This document shows, piece by piece, positions 51,075-57,023 of a stretch of 57,023 nucleotides of DNA (the first letter of the stretch is position 1; every line of letters begins with the position of its first letter). Source of the stretch: Clostridia bacterium (lineage in GTDB: Bacteria; Bacillota; Clostridia; UBA1212); the NCBI GenBank assembly GCA_017959965.1, contig JAGCZO010000014.1, forward strand, positions 1-57,023. The letters run 5' to 3'. The notes beneath the pieces were generated by a model, which was given only the letters and a program-made list of their open reading frames with translations, did not search any database and was not told the DNA's origin. Both the position numbers and the translations under genes were made by a program.

Positions 51075-51608
51075 TCATACCTTAAGCTCCTCCAGTTTCT
51101 TTTCCAATGCCGTGAGGTTTGCGCGAAGAGTGCCGTCCAGCTGGACTCCCGCGTAGCGAAGTTTGACGCCGCCAAGCACCGCGGGATCGACTACGTTCTC
51201 GATGACCACGGTTTTCCCTGTTTTGGCTTCAAGCTTTTCCTTAAGAGCTTCGGTCTGGGCGCCTGTCATGGGCACAGCCGTGACGGCGGTCACCCGAAGC
51301 CTTCCGATCGACTCGTCGTAGAACTTTACAAAGCTTCCGGCAACGGCGGAAATTTTGTAAAACTCACGTTTCTCGCAGAGGAGCTTAAGCAAATTGAGCA
51401 GGTTCGGGTCGATCCCCGAAAAAGCGTCGCTGATGAGGCCGATCCTGACGGAGGACGAAAGCGCGGGAGTGTCCGCCAGCTCAATATAGCCGGGATTCTC
51501 CCCGATAACGGCCTTAATGTCGGAAAGCTCTTCAAGCACAGCCTCCGCCCTGCCGTTTTCCTCCGAAAGAAGGAGAAGCGCCTTGCCGTATTCGTTTGCG
51601 TCTGCCAT
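51075..51608 (-). CDS. atpH: F1 ATP synthase delta subunit (OSCP)
   Basis: 177 aa, in the operon position between atpF and atpA. Confidence 0.9.
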   Translation of the reverse strand: MADANEYGKALLLLSEENGRAEAVLEELSDIKAVIGENPGYIELADTPALSSSVRIGLISDAFSGIDPNLLNLLKLLCEKREFYKISAVAGSFVKFYDESIGRLRVTAVTAVPMTGAQTEALKEKLEAKTGKTVVIENVVDPAVLGGVKLRYAGVQLDGTLRANLTALEKKLEELKV

Positions 51609-51639
51609 AGGGCCCGCCTCCTCTCCTGAAAGATCGGGA

Positions 51640-52167
51640 TCAGCTGTTTTCCTCGCCGATATTTTTGATGAAGTCGTCGATCAGCTGCTCGTGCTCCGCC
51701 TTGTCCACGTCTCTTGCGATTATTGCCGAGGCAAGGTCCACCGCAATGCCCGAGACTTCATTCTTGATATCGTTTATTGCCTGGTTTTTCTCAAGTTCGA
51801 TCTGTTCCTCGGCGCGCGCAAGAATGCGGGATGCCTTGGCCTCGGCATCCTTTATCATTTCTTCTTCCTTGAACTGGGCCTTTCTCACGGCGTCCCTGAC
51901 GATCTGCTCGCTTTCTTCAGTTGCTTTGGCGAGTTTTTGCTCATAGTCAGACCTCATCTCGTCCGCCGCCCGGTTTGCCTCCGCCGCATTGGCGTACATA
52001 TCGTCAACTTCCTTCTGCCTCGAGTCGATCATTTTCTTGACGGGCTTGAAAAGAAATTTCCGGAGGACAAGGAACATGATGAGGATGTTGATCCACGCAA
52101 AGATCATCGTCCAGAAATTAGTGCCGATAAACTGCTCGAATTGATCGGTAAATACTTGAAAAGTCAT
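51640..52167 (-). CDS. atpF: Fo ATP synthase subunit b
   Basis: An N-terminal TM helix followed by a long charged helix. Confidence 0.9.
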   Translation of the reverse strand: MTFQVFTDQFEQFIGTNFWTMIFAWINILIMFLVLRKFLFKPVKKMIDSRQKEVDDMYANAAEANRAADEMRSDYEQKLAKATEESEQIVRDAVRKAQFKEEEMIKDAEAKASRILARAEEQIELEKNQAINDIKNEVSGIAVDLASAIIARDVDKAEHEQLIDDFIKNIGEENS

Positions 52168-52320
52168 AATTATACTTCTTTCGCCTGCGACCGGGCACGG
52201 CTGCCGAAGGACCTGACGGACTGTTCATACGCGGGATTGCCGGTACGAAGGGTCCGGGACGGCACAAAGCGGCTGCGAAGCTTCCGGCCGAAAACTGCGC
52301 CTTTATCTCTAAGCCGAGAG

Positions 52321-52390
52321 CGCGAAGATAAGATCGCGAAAACAGACTCGCGAAGTTAAGCTCGCGAAGATCAGAGCGCGAAGAGAATAA
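52321..52390 (-). repeat. five CGCGAAG motifs with exact 14-bp phasing across the atpE stop codon
   Basis: On the + strand, cgcgaa(g) starts at 52321, 52335, 52349, 52363 and 52377. The last unit lies inside the atpE 3' end. Confidence 0.85.
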
Positions 52391-52616
52391 GGATCGCGAC
52401 GACCAGTGAATAGATACCGGTACTTTCCGTGATGGCGCAGCCCATGATCATTGTGGTACGCAGCTCTCCGGATGCTTCGGGCTGGCGGGCAATTCCTTCA
52501 AGGGCTTTGCAGACAGCGTTTCCTTCTCCGAGAGCGGGAGCGATCGAACCGATCCCCATCAGGATCGCTGCGCCGAAGGCTTTGGCTAACAGTGTGATTG
52601 CGGTTGGCATATCCAT
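52371..52616 (-). CDS. atpE: Fo ATP synthase subunit c
   Basis: An 81-aa hairpin proteolipid with GEG in helix 1 and ITESTGIYSLV in helix 2. Confidence 0.95.
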   Translation of the reverse strand: MDMPTAITLLAKAFGAAILMGIGSIAPALGEGNAVCKALEGIARQPEASGELRTTMIMGCAITESTGIYSLVVAILILFAL

Positions 52617-52643
52617 AAAAGTTTACCTCCAAAAAATGTTTAT

Positions 52644-53501
52644 CTAAGACTGCCGTGGATCAGCGTCAGTCTGTTGTGCGGTTTTGGCAAGCTTGACTTT
52701 CTGTTTTTTCGCTTTTTTAGGCTTTTCCGCTGTGGGGACAGCCACCGGCGCGGGGTTTGCCGCAGCAATGTACACCATGGTGAGAAGCGAGAAAACAAAT
52801 GCCTGCATAAGACCTGAGAACAGGTCAAAATAGAGAGACAGGATCGCCGGAGCGCCTATCTGGAATATTGGCGGCATGACCGAGGCAACGGCTTCGGGAA
52901 GGCCTTTGAACAGCAGAGAGGACAGGGACGCGAGGGCCGCGTAAAGGATCGACATCAAAACTCCGCCGCCGGCAATGTTTCCGAAATGACGGAAGGTCAT
53001 GGCGATGGGCTGCGCGACTTCGCTGACGATATTGATGGGCGCAATGAAAAAGACGGGCTCCGCATAACTTTTCAGCCAGCCGAAGAAGCCTCTGTTCCGG
53101 ATGGTCTCGTACCAGCAAAGGAACGTGGTGAGGAGCGCCCACCCCAGAATGACCATCAGGTCCGCGGTGGTTGATCTGAATATCTTGGTGAGACCTATAA
53201 GTGTTCCGAGAAGCGACGAAAGGAAGAGCGTTCCGATGTAAGGCGCGTATTTCAGATTGTGCTTCCCCATGGTGGATTCCACCAGGTTGTAAAGCATCAT
53301 CACGATCTTTTCCACAACAGCCTGTTTCTTTCCGGGCTTTTTCGTGATTCCCCTGCCGAGGATCAGCGCCAGGATCACCGTAATGATGGTGACCGCTAAC
53401 AGGGAGATGGTGGTCTGGGTGATGTCTATAGTGACCGCCCCGTTGAACATGGTTATGCGGAACAGTATTTTCGCGCCGCGGCTTAAACTATCACCTGCCA
53501 A
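52644..53501 (-). CDS. atpB: Fo ATP synthase subunit a
   Basis: Multi-TM protein with ...TFRHFGNIAGG... (the conserved Arg). It has a Lys-rich C-terminal tail. Confidence 0.93.
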   Translation of the reverse strand: MAGDSLSRGAKILFRITMFNGAVTIDITQTTISLLAVTIITVILALILGRGITKKPGKKQAVVEKIVMMLYNLVESTMGKHNLKYAPYIGTLFLSSLLGTLIGLTKIFRSTTADLMVILGWALLTTFLCWYETIRNRGFFGWLKSYAEPVFFIAPINIVSEVAQPIAMTFRHFGNIAGGGVLMSILYAALASLSSLLFKGLPEAVASVMPPIFQIGAPAILSLYFDLFSGLMQAFVFSLLTMVYIAAANPAPVAVPTAEKPKKAKKQKVKLAKTAQQTDADPRQS

Positions 53502-53525
53502 AGGGCTGTCACTCCTTTCCTTCGA

Positions 53526-54005
53526 TCATTTTGAAGACGTGGTCTTCGGTTTGGTTTTTCTGTTGATAAACGCGCCAAGGAACATTATCAGCAGATGTAC
53601 GGCAATAATGGCAATACCCGTTGCGATCCCGCTGAAGGCAAAGGGCATAAGAAACGCGGCAAGCAGGACAAGGGCAAGAACAGGAAGCCTGACGATCATG
53701 GATATCCTGACCGCATTGGCCATCTTTTTCCTGTGTTTTCCCGTAAATTCCGCGATCTGCTCCTCCGTCATCTCCTCGCTTCCCCGCTCCTTCACGGCCG
53801 TGTCGAATATCCTGTTTGTGGATATTATAAGGAACAGCTGGTTGGCAAGTGCGGCCGCTGCGCCCAGAAGGGAGCCCGTGATGACGGTCCAGTGGAACTT
53901 GCCGATCAGAGCGAAAACGCCAACGATGGCTCCTGCGACAACAAGCGAGCCAATCACAAGAGGCAGTATTTCGCGCATAAGGCCTTGCCTGTTTGTCTCA
54001 GTCAT
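53526..54005 (-). CDS. atpI: ATP synthase protein I (AtpI-like, 4 TM)
   Basis: A small hydrophobic protein immediately upstream of atpB. Confidence 0.65.
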   Translation of the reverse strand: MTETNRQGLMREILPLVIGSLVVAGAIVGVFALIGKFHWTVITGSLLGAAAALANQLFLIISTNRIFDTAVKERGSEEMTEEQIAEFTGKHRKKMANAVRISMIVRLPVLALVLLAAFLMPFAFSGIATGIAIIAVHLLIMFLGAFINRKTKPKTTSSK

Positions 54006-54303
54006 TCGGGTCGGTCTCCTTGGCGGGGGAAGTCTCTGACGGCTCTGCTCCGGTGTCCTTGTTTTCGGACATTCTCATGGCCTTCTCGGTCTCGGCCACC
54101 TTGAGCAGATAGCCGATCATGGAGATAAGGCCTATCACGGCGCCCACGGGGATCAGCACCGCGTATATCCACGGGCCGACGACGTTGTTCCTTGTCAGCA
54201 GCCATGACGCCAATGCGCCTATCGCGATGGGCGAAATGAGGCAGGAAAGGGCCTGAAACACAGAGTTGACGTTCAATATAGTGCTGAACATTCTGCTTTT
54301 CAT
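53998..54303 (-). CDS. AtpZ/AtpI-family small membrane protein
   Basis: Two TM helices. It is the first gene of the atp operon. ATG 54303 follows GGAGGAGC, and it overlaps atpI by 8 nt. Confidence 0.55.
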   Translation of the reverse strand: MKSRMFSTILNVNSVFQALSCLISPIAIGALASWLLTRNNVVGPWIYAVLIPVGAVIGLISMIGYLLKVAETEKAMRMSENKDTGAEPSETSPAKETDPND

Positions 54304-54346
54304 AGAAGCTCCTCCGGCCGGCGGCTTTTTTGAGCCATACACAATA

Positions 54347-54375
54347 ATTTTACAACATCCCGGGCCGATTGGCAA
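54347..54375 (-). promoter_or_regulatory. candidate atp operon promoter
   Basis: On the minus strand: TTGCCA, a 17-nt spacer, then TAAAAT. Confidence 0.4.
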
Positions 54376-54498
54376 TAATTTTAAACGCTTCAGCCCTGCA
54401 AAAAATGCCTCCGGAGCGCCCTTTTCTCACGGTGCTTTTCCGGCGGAAAAACGACGGGACGGAACGGGGCTCTTTCTGAGGAAAATCGGTTTTGCCTA

Positions 54499-54527
54499 TT
54501 GAAAATAAGGCGTGCATGGGGTAAAAT
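54499..54527 (+). promoter_or_regulatory. candidate promoter of the DUF1846 gene
   Basis: TTGAAA, a 17-nt spacer, then TAAAAT. Confidence 0.5.
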
Positions 54528-54581
54528 AATGTCCCGTGGAGATGTCTGTTTCATTCATGAAATTAGGATCGGAGGCGGGTT

Positions 54582-56066
54582 ATGAAGATTGGTTTTGATA
54601 ATGATAAGTACGTGGAACTGCAGAGCAGAAAGATCCGCGAGCGTATCGACATGTTCGGAAGCAAACTCTATCTTGAGTTTGGCGGAAAACTGTTTGACGA
54701 TTTCCACGCATCCCGCGTTCTTCCGGGGTTTTTACCCGATTCAAAGATCAAAATGCTTCTGGCTCTTAAAGAAGAGGCCGAAGTCGTTATTTCCATCAAC
54801 GCAGACGCAATCGAAAAGAGCAAAAAAAGAGGAGACTACAATATCTCCTACGATCTCGACGTCCTGAGACTTATTGACGCCTCAAGAGACGCCGGTTTAT
54901 ACGTTGGCGGCGTTGTCATCACTCGCTACGCAGGAGAGGCCAACGCGGACAAGTTCATGGATCACCTGAAATCCCTTGGCGTGAAGGTGTACAAGCACTA
55001 CCCCATCGAAGGCTATCCCAACAACACCAAGTTTATCGTGAGCGAGGAAGGCTTCGGTAAAAATGAGTTCGTTGAAACTACGAGACGCCTTGTGGTGGTG
55101 ACCGCTCCGGGCCCGGGCTCGGGAAAAATGGCTGTGTGCCTGTCCCAGCTCTACGGAGAGCAGAAGCGCGGCGTGAAGGCCGGTTACGCTAAATTCGAGA
55201 CCTTCCCCATCTGGAATCTGCCCCTCAACCACCCTGTGAACATTGCCTATGAGGCCGCCACCGCCGACCTGAACGACATAAACATGATCGACCCCTTCCA
55301 TCTCGAGGCTTACAACGAGGTCAGCGTGAACTATAACCGGGACATCGAGAACTTCCCCGTCCTCAACGCCATGCTCACCGGCATCAGAGGCGAATCCCCG
55401 TACAAGAGCCCTACCGACATGGGCGTAAACATGGCAGGTTTCTGCATTACCGACAACGAAGCTGTCTCCAACGCCGCCAAAGGCGAGATCATCCGCAGAG
55501 AACTGAAGGCAAAATGCGCCGTGAAACAGGGCTTTGCCAATACCAACGAGCTGGAAAAGATCGACTCCCTTATGGCCAAGGCCGGTATCTCCGTGTCTGA
55601 CAGAAAAGTGGTCCCCGCCTGCTTGAAGCGCGCCAAAGAGACCAACGGCCCCGCGGTGGCCATTGAGCTCCCCGACGGGACCATCGTTACCGGAAAAACC
55701 ACGCCCCTGCTCGGCGCCTCCGCCGCGGCCCTGATCAACGCCATCAAGACGTTGGCGGGTATCGACCACGATAAGAAAATCATACCTCCCGAGGTTATCG
55801 GCCCCATCCAGGAGCTGAAGATCAAATACATGGGCAACCACAACCCGCGACTCCACACCGACGAGATCCTCATCGCCCTATCCTTCAGCGCCATCACAAA
55901 CAAGGACGCCGAAAAGGCCTTCAAGATGCTTCCTTTGCTGAAGAATTGCGACGCTCACGCGTCTGTGATACTGTCTCACGTTGACGAAAACGTTTTTTCA
56001 AAGCTCGGCGTACGCATAACCTGCGAGCCTGCCTACCAGACGAAAAAGCTTTACCACGCAGTCTGA
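54582..56066 (+). CDS. DUF1846/UPF0371 family protein
   Basis: MKIGFDNDKYVELQSRKIRERI...LYLEFGGKLFDDFHASRVLPGF is characteristic of UPF0371. Confidence 0.85.
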   Translation: MKIGFDNDKYVELQSRKIRERIDMFGSKLYLEFGGKLFDDFHASRVLPGFLPDSKIKMLLALKEEAEVVISINADAIEKSKKRGDYNISYDLDVLRLIDASRDAGLYVGGVVITRYAGEANADKFMDHLKSLGVKVYKHYPIEGYPNNTKFIVSEEGFGKNEFVETTRRLVVVTAPGPGSGKMAVCLSQLYGEQKRGVKAGYAKFETFPIWNLPLNHPVNIAYEAATADLNDINMIDPFHLEAYNEVSVNYNRDIENFPVLNAMLTGIRGESPYKSPTDMGVNMAGFCITDNEAVSNAAKGEIIRRELKAKCAVKQGFANTNELEKIDSLMAKAGISVSDRKVVPACLKRAKETNGPAVAIELPDGTIVTGKTTPLLGASAAALINAIKTLAGIDHDKKIIPPEVIGPIQELKIKYMGNHNPRLHTDEILIALSFSAITNKDAEKAFKMLPLLKNCDAHASVILSHVDENVFSKLGVRITCEPAYQTKKLYHAV

Positions 56067-56179
56067 TCATTGCCAATAGATCTGCAAATAGTATCCGCCG
56101 CTGGCGGCTTAGTGATTGCCCGGAAATGAGCACCCGATGCCAACGGTGCGATTCTTGTTTGTTGTGAGGATTGTTGATT

Positions 56180-56596
56180 ATGAGAGCCGATGACGCCCGC
56201 CTGCGGCTGTATGTTAACACCGCCGCGGATATTGATGACGAAACGCTGCTGACCGTGATCCGTGACACCCTCGTCAAAAACTGCTTTATCGAGGGCCGGA
56301 AAAACTTTGTCAACATTTCCCGCGCCGTTCTTCTCCTGGTGAGAGGCATGGACCGGGGCGAAAACGTGGTGGGCCTTTTCAAAAAGGTCTCCGACGTCCT
56401 ATGCAACGAGCGCTCGTCAAAGACAATAGAACGCTCCGTCAGATCCGCCGTCAGGGGAGCCTGGAGCAGAGCCGTAAGACACGGGGTTTTCGAGGAAACA
56501 ACGCTCCTGAAATACTATTCCGGCTTCCCGAGGTCCAAGGACTTTCTTCGGGACGTGGCGGAAAACGTGATGAAGCAGCTCCCGCCGGAAGCGTAA
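56180..56596 (+). CDS. standalone Spo0A C-terminal (Spo0A_C)-like DNA-binding protein
   Basis: SKTIERSVRSAVRGAWSRAV resembles the Spo0A_C signature (...VERAIRHAIEVAWSRG...). There is no receiver domain. ATG 56180 follows GAGGA. Confidence 0.6.
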   Translation: MRADDARLRLYVNTAADIDDETLLTVIRDTLVKNCFIEGRKNFVNISRAVLLLVRGMDRGENVVGLFKKVSDVLCNERSSKTIERSVRSAVRGAWSRAVRHGVFEETTLLKYYSGFPRSKDFLRDVAENVMKQLPPEA

Positions 56597-56623
56597 AGCA
56601 TTTAACTGAATAGCGGTTTTTCG

Positions 56624-56661
56624 GCCGCCGGGGAGCTTCCGGGTTCCTTGTGCGGCTTTTT
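56624..56661 (+). terminator. intrinsic terminator after the Spo0A_C-like gene
   Basis: gccgccgggg...ccgggttccttgtgcggc followed by ttttt. Confidence 0.5.
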
Positions 56662-56887
56662 ATTATTTATCCAATATTACTTTAAGGTATTGCTGCCGGC
56701 CTCTGCTGCCGCATTGTAATTGCCGCAAATAATTCGCACCGGCCCGGAGGAGGCGCCGGAGCCTGCATCCGGCTCGAAAAAAACGGCTTTTGCCAATGTT
56801 TTTGGAGGCATTGAACCGCCAATGACAGCGTGCATGGCAGGGAATTTGCCTAAATCTGCGCTAAATTTATAATTTTAAATACGGCTG

Positions 56888-56946
56888 AAAAATTTTTAAA
56901 AAATTCGAAAAAAGTGCTTGACAGGGTAGTGCTTTGGTGGTATTAT
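56888..56946 (+). promoter_or_regulatory. rRNA-operon-type promoter with an UP element
   Basis: An A/T tract spans 56888-56914. TTGACA is at 56918-56923, followed by a 17-nt spacer and TATTAT at 56941-56946. The downstream sequence cattgaaaactgaacagcgaacaaac is typical of Firmicutes 16S leader regions. Confidence 0.6.
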
Positions 56947-57023
56947 GGTCGGGCGCCTCAAAAAAGGGGCGTTACGGACATTGAAAACTGAACAGCGAAC
57001 AAACATGGAAACTCGTTAAAAAC

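Noticed and set aside
52321-52390. The phased 14-bp repeats as a mini-CRISPR array.
   Set aside because: The units are contiguous with no unique spacers and are far shorter than CRISPR repeats. There are no cas genes in the window.

Overview
This is an origin-proximal chromosomal segment of a Firmicutes/Clostridia-type genome. It is almost entirely conserved housekeeping DNA.

Gene content, left to right:
- 1-3.5 kb: a small decayed accessory island abutting tRNA-Ala(CGC). It holds an XRE-HTH gene, an orphan small ORF, a DUF4143 AAA ATPase and a truncated SF1 helicase.
- tmcAL.
- A BMP-family nucleoside/purine ABC transporter operon, preceded by a purine-riboswitch-like leader and by xpt.
- The str-operon genes rpsL-rpsG-fusA-tuf.
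- A degenerate ParB-like gene.
- serS, a DUF4446 gene, parB and parA.
- gyrB-remB-recF-dnaN-dnaA, with a DnaA-box/DnaA-trio/AT-rich candidate oriC in the dnaA-dnaN spacer.
- thyA-malQ-folA-thioesterase, then galM.
- A perfect parS palindrome.
- A tldD/pmbA pair.
- rsmG-mnmG-mnmE-jag-yidC-yidD-rnpA-rpmH.
- A metallophosphoesterase/CapA/PHP phosphatase block.
- A complete F1Fo ATP synthase operon whose c subunit carries a Na+-type two-carboxylate signature.
- A DUF1846 gene, a standalone Spo0A-C-like gene, and an rRNA-type promoter at the right edge.

I do not see a convincing multi-gene novel system such as a defence island, CRISPR array or toxin cluster.

The most unusual signals are:
- a purine-riboswitch-like aptamer with a roughly doubled P2 arm;
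- a ParB paralogue that has lost the CTPase motifs;
- rearranged origin synteny (parAB after gyrB, no gyrA, rpmH cluster inverted);
- several phased short tandem duplications at gene 3' ends;
- repeat-dense non-coding DNA and nested tRNA-fragment scars in the left-end island.

All functional calls rest on motif recognition by eye. No database search was run.
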